A DNA stretch of 64,000 bases from Macrostomum lignano (lineage: Eukaryota). The stretch lies in the NCBI GenBank assembly GCA_002269645.1, contig NIVC01000020.1, forward strand, positions 930,001-994,000, given 5' to 3'. The notes below the pieces were generated by a model, which was not told the origin of the DNA, made no database searches, and was given only the letters and a program-made list of their open reading frames with translations. This document shows, piece by piece, positions 23,799 to 37,009 of this stretch. Positions within the stretch are counted from its first letter, which is position 1; every line of letters begins with the position of its first letter. A program made the position numbers and the translations under genes.

Positions 23799-26700
23799 AT
23801 GGAGATCCTCCAGGCGCACTCCAGCAGGGACTGCAGCGCGGTGCAGCAGCCCCCCTACTCCTGGCACCACCGGACAGTCGGTGGAGACCTCGAAGATCCC
23901 TCGTCGGCTGCTGCAGCTACAGCGGCCGCCACCGCTGCCGCCGCCGCAGCCGCAGCAGCAGCCGCAGCTGCCGCTGCCACAACGACGGCATCGTCTGCAG
24001 CTGCGGCAGCGACCGCAGAGTCGGACTGCTCCGTAGTCAGCCAGTCTGCTGGCCAGCGCCTGACTGACAGCGGCGACGAGTCTCCGGAGAAGTTCATCCA
24101 GCAGCAGCAGCAGCACCTGGCCGGCGGCGGCTGCGCAATGCCGCATCACCACCAGGAGTCCGGCCTGTTCGGCGGCGGCGCCTACATGTCCGGCCAGGGC
24201 CAGCCAATCAAAGCGGAGCTCGGGCTGGGCCAGGGTGAGTCCGGAGCTCCCGTCAGGATTCCCAATTGCAGATCCCAACTGGCCCGTTCCTCACTAGAAA
24301 ATGGCCGCGACTGCAGTAGCAACAAAGGAATGTGAAACGAACCTCTGAGTCTCATTAAAATGTGTGCAACAAACTAAATAGAAAACCAGCCCTGAACCAT
24401 TGTGTCTCACAGTACTCACAGTACTCACAGTCCCCACAGTACTCACAGTCCCCACAGTCCCCACAGTACTCACAGTACTCACAGTACTCACAGTACCCAC
24501 AGTACTCACAGAACTCACAGTAGTGTTTATCCTCCTCGCACAGACGCCATTGGCTACCCGGTGGGCATCCAGACCTGCTGGTCGAACTTCCCCCCTGACC
24601 CGGCGGCGCAGCAGCACCAGCTGCAGCAGTACCAGCAGCACCAGCTGCAGCACCAGCTGCAGCATCAGCATCATCAGCAGCACCTGCAGCACAGCAGCAG
24701 CGGCGGCAGCGGCGGCAGCGGCGGCAGCAATGGCTTTGGTTTCGCTTTCGGTCACCAGCAAAACTCAGAGGCCGGCTTCCCGGGCTCGTATCCCGCCAGC
24801 TTCAGCTCCCCGTACCAGCCCTACTTCCCGGCAGCCGCAGCGGCCGCCGAATACGCCAGGAACCCGCTGGGGATTCACCCGTCTCTGTTCCGCATGAACC
24901 CGCAGCACCAGCAGCACCAGCACCACCAGCACCATCCAGGACACCTGGTTGGACGCCTGCACCAGTTTAAGGCTCGGGCCAGGAACGCCTCGGGTGAGAA
25001 TTGCGTAGCTTGATCTCATGGTGTGATCTCATAGTGTGATCTCATAGTGTGATCTCATAGTGTGATCTCATAGTGTGATCTCATAGTGTGATCTCATAGT
25101 GTGATCTCATAGTGTGATCTCTTATTGTGATCTCATAGTGTGATCTCATAGTGTGATCTCATAGTGTGATCTCATAGTGTGATCTCTTATTGTGATCTCA
25201 TAGTGTGATCTCATAATGTGATCTGTTATTGTGATCTCATAGTGTGATCTCATAGTGTGATCTCATAGTGTGATCTTATAGTGTAATCTTATCGTGTGAT
25301 TTCAAATTGTGATCTCTTAGTGTGATCTCATAGAGTGATCTCATATTGTGATCTCTCTTATTGAATCTCATAGAGTGATCTCATAGACCAGCGATCCCTT
25401 TGCATAATCTCAAAGTATGGATCCCCGTGCCATCATCCTTCAGCACTCACTGCCGCCCATCCCGCAGAGAGTCGCGAGTGCGTGAACTGCGGTGCCACGG
25501 CCACCCCACTGTGGCGCCGGGACGGAGGTGGCCACTACCTGTGCAACGCATGCGGCCTGTACCATAAGATGAACGGGCAGAGCCGGCCGCTCATCAAGCC
25601 AAAACGGCGCATGGTGAGCAGGGGCTCGAATATTTTCAATCACTCCCGATCCGTCACTCACAATCCGTCACTCACAATCGGTCACTTACAATCCTTCACT
25701 CACAATCCGTCACTCACAATCGGTCACTTACAATCCTTCACTCACAGTCCGTCACTCACAGTCCGTCACTCACAATCCTTCACTCACAATTCGTCACTCA
25801 CAATCCGTTACTCACAATCCGTTACTCACAGTCCGTCACTCACAATCCGTCACTCGCAATCCTTCACTTACAATCCGTTACTCACAGTCCGTCACTCACA
25901 ATCCGTCACTCACAATCCGTCACTCACAATCCGTCACTCACAATCCGTCACTCACAATCCGTCACTCACAATCCGTCGCTCACAATCGGTCACTTACAAT
26001 CCGTCACTCACAATCCGCCAGTCACAAACTGTCACTCACAATCCTTCACTCACAGTCCGTCACTCACAATCCGTCACTCACAATCCTTCACTCACAATCC
26101 TTCACTCACAGTCCATCACTCACAATTGGTCACTCACAATCCGTCGCTCACAATTGGTCACTTACAATCGGTCACTCACAATCCGCCAGTCACAAACTGT
26201 CACTCACAATCCTTCACTCACAATCCTTCACTCACAATCCGTCACTCACAATCCTTCACTCACAATCCTTCACTCACAATCCTTCACTCACAGTCCGTCA
26301 CTCACAGTCCGTCACTCACAGTCCGTCACTCACAATCCTTCACTCACAGTCCGTCACTCACAGTCCGTCACTCACTGTCCGTCACTCCCACCCACCCGCA
26401 GTCGGCGCAGCGCCGCGCCGGCACGACCTGCTCGAACTGCGCCACCACGCAGACGACTCTGTGGCGTCGCAACCACAAGGGCGAGTCGGTGTGCAACGCC
26501 TGCGGCCTGTACTTCAAGCTACACCAGGTGGACCGGCCCATCAGCATGAAGAAGGACTCAATCCAATCGCGCAACCGCAAGAGCTCCGTCAAGAGCAAGA
26601 AGAAGAAGGAGCTGGACGCGATGAGCGACCTGATGCGCAGCGCCATGCACAGCTTCCAGTTCCCGGCGGCGAACTACTTCGGTGGAGGCGCTGGCAGTGG

Positions 26701-26865
26701 CGCTAGCGCCGGCACCGTCAGCGGCTTGGAGAGCGCCGCTCCGGGAAGCCACTTTAGTCACGTTACTTCGGGGCTGCCTGCGCTGCCACCGCCGCCGCCA
26801 CCGCAGCACCAGCAGCAGCAGCCGCCTCCGCCACCACCGCCCCCGCAGCAGCCGCAGCAACAGCA

Positions 26866-26897
<32 letters not shown>

Positions 26898-26971
26898 GGT
26901 ACCCGGCATCCACAGCAGGGATTCTGGGAGGCGCCTTCGTCAGCGGCGACCTCCTTTCGGGCCTGCTGTGA
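23799..26971 (+). CDS. GATA1/2/3: GATA1/2/3-class transcription factor; join(23799..24234,24544..24993,25468..25613,26402..26971), about 533 aa
   Basis: Two C4 fingers: [46 protein letters not shown] and [66 protein letters not shown] and SAxRRAG are GATA123 signatures. All three GT-AG junctions keep frame (phases 1,1,0). Confidence 0.93.
24406..24522. repeat. Intronic 9-bp repeat CACAGTACT
   Basis: Inside GATA intron 24235-24543. Confidence 0.9.
25011..25385. repeat. Intronic 11-bp repeat GTGATCTCATA, about 34 copies
   Basis: Inside GATA intron 24994-25467, starting about 17 bp after the donor. Confidence 0.95.
25637..26388. repeat. Intronic 14-bp repeat TCACTCACAATCCG, about 53 copies
   Basis: Fills nearly all of the intron between the two zinc-finger exons (25614-26401). 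Confidence 0.95.
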
Positions 26972-28010
26972 AGCCCTACTAATGAGTGCGCAAATACTTG
27001 AACTGACTACTGCAAGTAGGGACGGTGGCGCAGTTGTGGATAACAAAAATGCATAAAAATGGAGTCTTGATGTTCACACAGCATGCACACATTAATCGCA
27101 CATTTAATTTTCTTTTTTTACGTTTACACTGCGTACTTTTGATCCTTTCTTGCAATGTGTACTGAGTTTTGATTTTACAGTATTTATTCACTTGTTATTT
27201 AATATGAGCAGTGTGAAACTTATACTTGAGTGTGAGAGTTGTTTGTGCGGGCTAATATATATGAAAAAAATTTTGCATCTTTGGGAAGTTTAATTGCCAG
27301 CTCCTGGGAGTGTTGACTGACTGGGTTTATTGTAGTTGAAAATTTTACTCAACTGCTTTATGTGTTAGATAATGTGTTAGAGAGATAATTCGTTAGACAG
27401 GGAATGTGTTAGACAAATCATGTGTTAGACAGAGAATGTGCTAGACTGATAATGTGCTAGACAGATAATGAGCTAGACAGAGCATTCTCCGATACAAAGC
27501 TTAGAAAGATTTTGTAAAATACGCTTTTATTCTACTTTAAGTAGGCCAATACGGACAAATTTAGAAAGGAAAAATGACTACAGGAAAAATGCAGCATTGG
27601 ATTCAGTTCGCTAATCGCTGAACAGGCGGCCTCTTGCAGAAGAAGAATACAGATATTCCAGCGTATATTTTGCAGACTTTTCTACACACTAATTGTATAG
27701 AGAGTTGCGTATCTGAGAGAAACCCCAGTAGTATCTTAGCATTGCAGAGCGCGTTTTACAGCTGAGGAAACGAGAGTCCGGCGGTGAAAGTTCAACAAGT
27801 GGCTACAGGCAAGAACATCAACAGGCGACTAAAAGAAGTTTGAAAAACAAGAACAACAACAAAAAGTGACGACAAAAAAGCAGAAATTGACAGGCTGGGG
27901 GGAGGGCGGAGAGGCTGATTGCAAGCACTGGGACTAGGTAGGCAGAAAAGTGCGGAGTGGACAAGCAGCGGCAGAGGCAACATTGCGCAGTGGCAGTCAG
28001 GCAGGTTGGG

Positions 28011-30277
28011 TCAGCAGTGGCCTTCGTTCGCGACAGCGGCAGGTGCTGAAGGGTAATAGTACTGCGAGTCTGCGGGAGGATCGGGCTTGATTTAATTTCA
28101 TTCGAATTTGCGATGCTTGCCTACTGATAGTAGGTTGTCGTGAAAGTGGCGTTTGGGTGTTTTGTTAAACAAAATAATGAGACTTTAAACTGAACAAAAG
28201 CTCCCTAAATCCATAACTTTTGAAGTTTCCGAAACCTCTGGATGAATCCCTAACCTGAAGTTTCCGGAACCCCTGGATGAATCCCCACCTGAAGTTTCCG
28301 GAACACCTGGATGAATCCCCATCCTGAAGTTTCCGGAACCCCTGGATGAATCCCCACTTGAAGTTTCCGGAACCCCTGGATGAATCCCCAGCCTGAAGTT
28401 TCCGGAACCCCTGGATGAATCCCCAGCCTGAAGTTTCCGAAACCTCTGGATGAATCCCCAGCCTGAAGTTTCTGAAACCTCTGGATGAATCCCCAGCCTG
28501 AAGTTTCCGGAACCTCTGGATGAATCCCCAGCCTGAAGTTTCCGGAACCCCTGGATGAATCCCCAGCCTGAAGTTTCCGGAACCCCTGGATGAATCCCCA
28601 GCCTGAAGTTTCCGGAACCCCGTATGAATCTCCCGGATGAATCCGAGTTGAAACAATGTCCTAAAGCCCCGTGGGATCCCGACAAACCAATCTCCTGAAC
28701 CTGGCGAGGCTCCCTCAGCACTCACTCATCCTGGTGTGCGCGCCGTAGGCGGACTGCAGAAACCAGGAGGAGGCGGCGGTGGCATCTTGGTGAGCGCCGT
28801 AGTGCTGGCTGGCGTAGTGCTGGCTGGCGTAGCCCTGGTAGGCGGCGGCTGCCGCGTACTCCGCAGCGTAGCTGGCGGCGGCTCCGTACTGGTGCGCTGC
28901 CGGCAGTCCGTAATGCGCTCGGAACTCGTCCAGCTTCGGACTGTCCGACTCCAGATGCAGCGCCGGCTGCTGCGGCGGCTGAGGAGGCGGTGGCTGTTGC
29001 TGATGCTGCGGCGGCGGCTGCTGAGGCGGCTGGTGAGGCTGAAGCAACTGCGGCTCGGTTGCCAAGTGGTTGCTATGGCCGTGATAGCCCCCGGCGTGCC
29101 GGACGCCAGCGGAGGCCGGGTAGAACTGCGGCTCCTGCGGCGGGATGCCGTAGGCCGCCGCCGCTGCCGCCGCCGCTGCCGCCGCCTGCTGGGCGCTGAG
29201 TGCAGGCAGAAGTCCGGGGTTCGAGCCCGGAATTGGCGACTCCACTTTGATCCGCTTGGACGGTGACAGCCACTGGATTGTGAAAGAGGTTGGAATTTCT
29301 ATTCAATGAGTCACTCAGCCATGGGAATGTTTTGTTCTCCTTGGAAACATAAATCAAAGATGCTCACCTCTAGGCGATCCGGTGGCGACTGGCGGTGGCA
29401 CTGCTGCTCCTTGGTGGCGTCTGAAATGGATGGAAGGCCGGGTTGCAAGCCCTGGTAAAGATTCTAGCAGGTAAAGATTCTAGCTGGTAAAGATTCTAGC
29501 TGGTAAAGATTCTAGCTGGTAAAGATTCTAGCTGGTAAAGATTCTAGCTGGTAAAGATTCTAGCTGGTAAAGATTCTAGCTGGTAAAGATTCTAGCTGGT
29601 AAAGATTCTAGCTGGTAAAGATTCTAGCTGGTAAAGATTCTAGCTGGTAAAGATTCTAGCTGGTAAAGATTCTAGCTGGTAAAGATTCTAGCTGGTAAAG
29701 ATTCTAGCTGGTAAAGATTCTAGCTGGTAAAGATTCTAGCTGGTAAAGATTCTAGCTGGTAAAGATTCTAGCTGGTAAAGATTCTAGCTGGTAAAGATTC
29801 TAGCTGGTAAAGATTCTAGCTGGTAAAGATTCTAGCTGGTAAAGATTGGAGCTGGTAAAGATTGGAGCTGGTAAAGATTGGAGCTGGTAAAGATTGGAGC
29901 TGGTAAAGATTTGAGCAGGTTAAGATTGGAGCTGGTAAAGATTCTAGCTGGTAAAGATTCTAGCTGGTAAAGATTGGAGCTGGTAAAGATTGGAGCTGGT
30001 AAAGATTATAGCTGGTAAAGATTATAGCTGGTAAAGATTGGAGCTGGTAAAGATTCGAGCTGGTAAATATTCGAGCTTGAGAAATGTCCACAGAAATCAA
30101 AGCAGCTCACCCGAGTCATTCAAGTGCTGCATCTGCATGTGTCGACGTTTCCTCTGCTGCTGTTGCTGCTGCTGCTGCAGGCTGTTCTGATTCTCATCCG
30201 ACAGGGCGCCGTTGCTGACGGAAGAGCTTCCCGGCGAAGAGTCGTCACCGGCCAGCAGCAGCTGCTGGTGCTGACTC

Positions 30278-30316
<39 letters not shown>

Positions 30317-33300
30317 TGTTGCTGCTGCTGGCCGTCTTTGGCAGCGGACGCGGAGTTCAGACCGCCCAGCAGCCCCTTGATGGTGTAGGCCGCGTGGCTC
30401 GACAGCAGCAGGCCCTGATGGGAGCCGGCGCTGCTGCTGGCGGCCTGCTGAGGCGGCTGCTGCTGCTGCTGCTCCCGCCCATCGCAGCTGGCCGCCCGGC
30501 CGTCGTCCTCGTCATCTCCGGACTGGCCGCCCCGCTCGGCCGCCCTATTCCGCACGATGCGGTTGATGGAGGACACGGAGGGCACGGTGTCCTGCGAGCA
30601 GACGCCCTCGGACAGCAGCATGTCGCGGATCTCCCAGGCGAACATGGTGGGATTGTCGGCCTTGTACTTGCAGATGGCGTCCACCACAGAGGGGGTGGCC
30701 ACCTTCGGCTTGGAGCCGCCGATGACGCCAGGCCGGATGCTGCCGGTCTCGTAGAACCGGCCGAGAATCTTCGACACGCAGCCGTGGCTGACGCGGAGCC
30801 GCCGGCTGATGTCGCAGGGCCGGACGCCGCGCTGCGCCAGTTCGACAATCTGGTTGCGGGTGAAGTCCGGCAGTGGGCGGCCGTTCACAAAAGCTCCGCC
30901 CAGCTGGTTGATGCCGCCGTGGCCTGCGGGGTCGAACAAGAGTGGCGTTGGGGTCGCCAATGAAGGGGCATGGAAGTGATTCTTGCTTATAAGGCTATTG
31001 GAAGCGCATTAGAAGCGCCACTAGAAGCGCCATTAGAAGCGTCATTAGAAGCGCCATTACAAGCGCCATTAGAAGCGTCATTAGAAGCGCCATCAGAAAC
31101 GCCATTAGAAGCGCCATTAGAAGCGCCATTAGAAGCGCCATTAGAAGCGCCATTACAAGCGCCATTAGAAGCGCCATCAGAAGCGCCATTAGAAGCGCCA
31201 TTAGAAGCACCATCAGAAGCGCCATTAGAAGCGCCATTAGAAGCGCCAATAGAAGCGCCATTCGATGCAGCACTAGAAGCGCCACTAGAAGCGCCACTAG
31301 AAGCGCCAATAGAAGCGCCACTAGAAGCGCCACTAGAAGCGCCACTAGAAGCGCCACTAGAAGCGCTATTAGAAGCGCCACTAGAAGCGCTATTAGAAGC
31401 GCCAGTGGGAGCTCTTTTGGGAGCGCCATTTGAAGTGATCCCGGGAGCGCCACTGGGAGCGCCACTGGGAGCGCCACTGGGAGCGCCACTGGGAGCGCCA
31501 CTGGGAGCGCCACTGGGAGCGCCTTTTTAAATGCCACTGGGAGCGCCTTTTTAAATGCCACTGGGAGCGCCTTTTTAAATGCCACTGGGAGCGCCTTTTT
31601 AAATGCCACTGGGAGCGCCACTGGGAGCGCCACTGGGAGCGCCACTGGGAGCGCCACTGGGAGCGCCACTGGGAGCGCTATTCAGATCTCTGAGGGCCAT
31701 GGAAGCTCCATGATGCTGCTCACCAATGTTCTTCAGGTACATGCCAAGAAGGTGCAGCCGCAGCAGGGACTCCTGCGGGTTTCCGCCTTTGCCGCGGCCG
31801 CTGCCGCCGCTGTCCATCTGCTATGCCGGGCGCGAGTCTGCGAATCCGCACTTGCAAAGCGAGGAAAACCCCAGCCAAGGAGAAGCGAGAGGATCTCAGG
31901 CCTGAGCAATATATGCCGATGCGGCCAGGAAGCTGGGCTGGCGGACGCAATAAAGCCACGCCACGGAAATTCCGTATTTTATACGCCCGGAGCCGCGACC
32001 CCCCCCCCTCAAATCAGCCCCTCTTGATTAGCGAGCGCTATAGGGAGGTCCCGGCGTGGACCTAACTGGGTTAGGGACGGCTCTCATTCCAGGAAACGCA
32101 TGCGCATTTGGGGCCGATGGGAGAATGGGGAGCAGGCGCGGAGTGGCTGCTCAGAGGGTAACGAGACGTAAATCACTTTTCTTGCAACTTGTAACGCAAT
32201 TAAATTAGCGCAATTGGGCAACAAGGAAAGAAGAGTGGATCTGAGAGGCCGCCCCCCCCCAGCGCGCACAAAGGGACAGCGGCGCGGCGGCGGCTTCTTT
32301 GAGGCTTCGCCGCGGGGGGGGGCGGCTGCTGCAGGATGCCGGAGTCGGCGCGATGAAGCACAAGAAGAGGGAGACTGGAGATGAAGCTGCGCGCCTTCTC
32401 ATGAGTGGTGGCCGCTGAGTGAAGTGTTGGTGTTGTTCATTTCCAACCACGGCAGACTGAAGTGGCTGACAGGACTGAGTTTCCTCTCTCACTTTCTCCG
32501 CCCCCGTGTCTCTGCGCTTGCGCAAACGAATTTGCATGCGAAACTCCCCGCCTGTGACTTCCGCCTGGCTTGGCCCTGCGATTTCAGCCAGTTTGCCAGT
32601 GCAAAAAAATATTGCATTTACAAATAATGCACTTGGCGTGGGACCCCGCCTGCCAGCCCCAATACAAATTCATTAATTCTTGCCCTGCTTCCGAAAGTCT
32701 GCTGCGATCTCACCAGCGCTGGTCAGGATCTGGGACTAATTAATTATTCAGAGGAAGAGGCCAAAAACTCTGCATAAGACACGCAGAGAGCGCAGCCCGC
32801 TCTGCAGCAGTGCCAACATGAGAGCCACCAAGCAGGGCAATAAAACAATCAAAATCAGAGAAACAGACCTGACAAAGCGAGGCGGCCCGGCCAATTAAGG
32901 GAGGTGCCAGCGCCATCAAAGGGGGGGACAAATAAGCGCCGCGACGGCTCTCAGCAGAGGTTTGAATTTTTTTTTAAGAAAAAACTTTCGGCAATAAACT
33001 GGTGAGGGAAAGTCGGTGCTGCATAATTCAGCGATCGGGTGCTCCGCCAATTTGTCCCAGATCACCTATGAGCATAAAGCAATGAATTTTTTACCGGTCC
33101 CAAGGGAGCCTGGCAGACTGCGGCTTTTTGTTTTGTAATGAAGCTGATGAAGCTGAGTCTCAGGTACATGAAAAATTCAGCGATTGAATTCGCCAGAAAC
33201 AGCAATGAGAGGCGATCAGCTCCCCAGCCTTTTGGGAAATCTGCAGCTAGAAAACAAGGCAAAGAGCCGGGGCCGCGGATGCGAGGCAGGGCCCTGTGAA

Positions 33301-33684
33301 ATGCTCAGCAGCCAGACCAGCACGCGACACCCCCGGGGAGCAGCTCGAAGGAGACTCACCCTTTCCCTTGCCGCCCTTGGCCCGCATGTACACGTCCTCG
33401 TAGAACGAGCTGGCCTGGGAGGGCGACGGGTAGGGGCAGTAGGGCGAGGGCCCCGGGCCCGGCGGGTACAGGCAGGCCCGGTGGTAGCCCATCGCGGTCG
33501 CGTGCGACCCGCCGCCACCGCTGCCGCCTCCGCAACCGCCGCCTGCGCCGCCGCCTGCGCCGCCGCCGGCGGCCGCGGCGCTGAGAAACTGGGAGGCGGC
33601 GGCGGCCTCGGCAGATCCGGGAAGTTCGGCGGCTCCCCTGGCCGAGGGAGCGGACCACTGCCACAGGTACTTCAGGCTGTCCAT
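28011..33684 (-). CDS. Pax2/5/8: Pax2/5/8 transcription factor; complement join(33360..33684,30111..30923,29368..29420,28726..29272,28011..28069)
   Basis: Full paired domain [20 protein letters not shown]...[46 protein letters not shown]...[11 protein letters not shown]...[14 protein letters not shown], octapeptide YTIKGLLG, and a C-terminal SQYYY resembling the Pax2/5/8 SPYYY motif. All junctions are GT-AG and in frame. The paired exon is certain; the flanking exons are inferred. No partial homeodomain was recognised. Confidence 0.9.
28221..28640. repeat. Intronic 35-bp minisatellite TGAATCCCCAGCCTGAAGTTTCCGGAACCCCTGGA, about 12 copies
   Basis: Inside the last Pax intron (28070-28725). Confidence 0.95.
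29452..30077. repeat. Intronic 16-bp minisatellite CTGGTAAAGATTCTAG, about 39 copies
   Basis: Fills Pax intron 29421-30110 to within about 30 bp of both splice sites. Confidence 0.96.
31000..31680. repeat. Intronic 12-bp minisatellite (AGAAGCGCCAYT grading to GGGAGCGCCACT)
   Basis: Upstream of the paired-box exon acceptor. Explains the LEAP/VALP ORFs. Confidence 0.95.
31724..31817 (-). CDS. Candidate alternative first coding exon of Pax2/5/8 ([15 protein letters not shown]...KNIG)
   Basis: ATG at 31817 and a phase-1 GTGAGC donor at 31723 that is in frame with the paired exon. TATAAAA on the minus strand at 31983-31977. Confidence 0.55.
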
Positions 33685-34324
33685 CTCAGCTGGCCCAAAA
33701 GAAGCTTAATATGCTGCTTTTATTGTCGACAAAATCTTCTGCTTCAGCAGAGTCGCAAGAAGATGCCTCATCGCCCTCTCCGCCTCCTTTTTATTTGCTC
33801 TCTCAGCGCCGCTCGCAATTCCCCCGCTCCAGCAGCCCAGCAAACCGGCGCGCCACCCCAGCCGCCTCCAAGCCTCATCGAAATTCCCTTCATCGCGCCT
33901 CGCCAGTGAAAGCGGCGCCCCGCCCCGCCCTCCGCCGCCCCCCGTGGCGAGCCAATGATCTGCTTTAGGGGCCTCCGAGCCATTGGCTGCCCGCAGCCTC
34001 ATCCGGAAGCCCGGAAGCTGGGAGGTTTCGCTGCTTTAGTTAGGGAAGGGAAAGAGAGACAGGCTGCACTGAAGAGTGGAGGCCTCCAACAGGTTTCTGG
34101 CCTCGAGAGCTTTTGTGACACCCCGGGATTAAATATTTATGCTTTGAATCCTTTTTAGTGAGGCTTTGCTTCTTTACTTCTGCTCGAGTTCTGTCCTTCA
34201 CGGCTCTTCTGGTTAATCCTTACCCCCCTGACCTGACTGCCTGCTGCCCTGACTCTCTCTGGTCTCCAATGACCTTTTGTAGAAATGCACTTCCGATTTT
34301 GTTCGCTAGTTTAGTTCTCTCCCT

Positions 34325-34870
34325 GACTCTCCCATCTCCTCTTGTCTGACTCTCCCATCTCCTATTCTCTGACTCTCCCATCTCCTCTTGTCTGACTCTC
34401 CCATCTTCTCTCATCTGACTCCCAGCTCTCCTCTTGTCTGACTCCAATCTCCTCTCATCTGACTCCAATCTCCTCTTCTCTTACTCTCCCATCTTCTCTC
34501 ATCTGACTCTCATCTCTCCTTTTCTCTGACTCTCCCATCTCCTCTTCTCTGACTCTCCTTTATCCCCTTGTCTGACTCTTCCCTCCCCTCTTCTCTTACT
34601 CTCCCATCTTCTCTCATCTGACTCCCAGCTCTCCTCTTGTCTGACTCCAATCTCCTCTCATCTGACTCTCATCTCTCCTCTCATCTGACTCTCATCTCTC
34701 CTCTTCTCTGACTCTCCCATCTCCTCTTCTCTGACTATCCTTTATCCCCTTGTCTGACTCTTCCCTCCCCTCTTCTCTTACTCTGCCATCTTCTCTCATC
34801 TGACTCCCATCTCTCCTCTTCTCTGACTCTCCCATCTCCTCTTGTCTGAATCTCACCTCTCCTCTCATCT
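34325..34870. repeat. Degenerate CT-rich repeat (about 23-bp CTGACTCTCCCATCTCCTCTTNT)
   Basis: Direct reading. Confidence 0.88.
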
Positions 34871-36425
34871 ACTGATGAGGTAAATAGGGGAAACGAAAGC
34901 CTCCCCAAAAACTGACAGAATTCTCCCCACTGCCAGCCTCGCTCAGATTTGCCACCTCCGCTCTGGTTCGATCCCATCGCCTGAGCTGCCAACCCCCCCC
35001 CCCCCCCAGTATCGATCCCGGAGATCCCGGCGGTTGAAAATCGCGTGACGATGAAGCGCGAGGAAGTGGGAAAATTATCCCGATGAGCCTCACCCATAGA
35101 AAGTGAATAAAGGAAACAAAAAAGCTTTCAAATTCGCTGCAAAGCTGGGCAGGGCTGCTGGTCTGAGTGGTTTTCGGCTCGCGAATTTTCCGATTCCGGA
35201 GGTCAAAGCATGGCGCAGCTTCGCGCAGCTGCATGGGGAACCGCGGGGCAGTCTGGGACAATTCGCCCAACTCAGCACCTGGACAGCCCAGGCCTGCGCC
35301 CACCTGACACCAGGGCAGATCGAACGACATTTATAATCCCTCGAAAATATAAATAAAATCCTAATAGGGAAAGTTCAAATCCAACCGCATCCCAAGCAGA
35401 TGGGGCCGGGCAGTCACTTTCTCCCCGCAGCTGGGATTCTGAGGCCGCCCTCACCAGCTCAGTTCATTAAACGGCTCACTGAGCAGCGGCGGCAGAAATC
35501 TGCGAGGCCGTCGGAGCGCGACAGGCCCGGCTGGCTTATCCAGCACCGCCCGGACCCGCCGAATCCCCAGAGGACTTTCTGCTTCCCTTCCAGCCTCTGC
35601 GCCCGGACCTAAAAATGCCGGGCCGCGGGGTCTGCAAGGCGCGCGGCGGATTCTTCCCGCCGCATGGGATAATTGTTCGGCCGATCCCCGCGACACCTCG
35701 CCTCATCTCCCTCCGCATGCTGTCTCCCATTCTCCCCCCTGAGCAGTCCATAATGCCGCTCTGATTGATGGGGTCCAAATGGGAGGCTGAATGGGAGCCG
35801 CGTCATCTGGGCTGAGAACCGTCAGTGCTCTCTGGCCGCATGGAGGGCGCGATTGAAAGACTCTGCTTTCTCTTTGCTTGCATTTGTGTTGGCGGCCGTT
35901 TTTCGGCCAGCGTGCGAGGCTCCGCGGCCGGTTCTCGGGGCTTGGAAATCTTGCACAGGGGACATGTCGCAATTAGCAATGCTAATGAGGCCTGCTGGCT
36001 GTGTAAGAGAAAGTGGGGCGCTGGCTGGAAAGCCGAGACCGCCCACCACTCAGCCGAGGCTACCGCGGGGCCCCCAGCAACCCAGCCTCAGCCAGCCACT
36101 TTTTTGCTTCCTCTCTGGAGATATTGATTGGATTTATTCGAATTTCGACACCAAATTTGTAAAACAATTCCGCGGCTGCCGAAAGCTGCACGTGCGGCAA
36201 CGGTTTCGAATAGTTTGCCCAGCAACCGCGGCTCTTCCCGAATAGCCCGGTAGCCACCGAGGGCGAGATCTCCTCTCCTCCTCCAATGAGACGACACAAA
36301 TAATTACATGGCGAGTCACTAACCAGTCAATAGCTCGAATGCAAAAGCCTGCAGTTGGGAGGAATTGATTCTGACATTTCTCCCAAAGCCCCCCCCGGTT
36401 TCCCCGATTTTCCCAGAGGCTGGGG

Positions 36426-36444
36426 CGGTCACGCGCCAATGAAG
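36426..36444. promoter_or_regulatory. Candidate Pax2/5/8 paired-domain binding site
   Basis: CGGTCACGCGCCAATGAAG. Its reverse complement contains CATTGGCGCGTGACC, matching the CANTGNNGCGTGACC Pax5/BSAP-type consensus. Confidence 0.45.
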
Positions 36445-37009
36445 ATATCCCAAAAACTGGAAGCTCGCAGAGAAAGTCTTGAGTTCGAATCCCCAGGGAG
36501 AAGGGCTCTGTAATTATAATGCCCTAAATCGAGCTGACAGAGAATCCCAAATTCGCTGCGACTCCCGAGCTCAAGAGAGGAGGAGGCAGCTTCATCAAGC
36601 GGCATTGGGACAGTTGGGTCAGCTGTGCCAGCCAATTCATCACCCTGTGGGCTGGGTGCGGGTGGGAAGTTGGTTGAGCAACAGGGGGAATGGAGAGCCG
36701 GGAGCAGGCGGGACTCGAGCCCGCAGCCTCAATGGCGCATTCGCGTGATGCCCGATCGAGCTGACAGGATGGGCAAAAAGTGGCGGAACTTCCTCGCCCC
36801 AACCCCGGAGAGCAGTAAATCACTGCGCTGGGGGCGAGTCAGCTGGGGGCTTCCCGTGCAGGTCTCTGCGACCTTCTGTTTGCCCCCCTCACCTGGGCAG
36901 CCCGCATTCTGGTGGCCCTGTTTGACTTGGGGGGAGACGAACTCGAGTCATGCGGCCTTTGATTGTTTGGCGTGCTCGAGGCGGTGAACGGGCAGAGAGA
37001 TTTTCAGGC

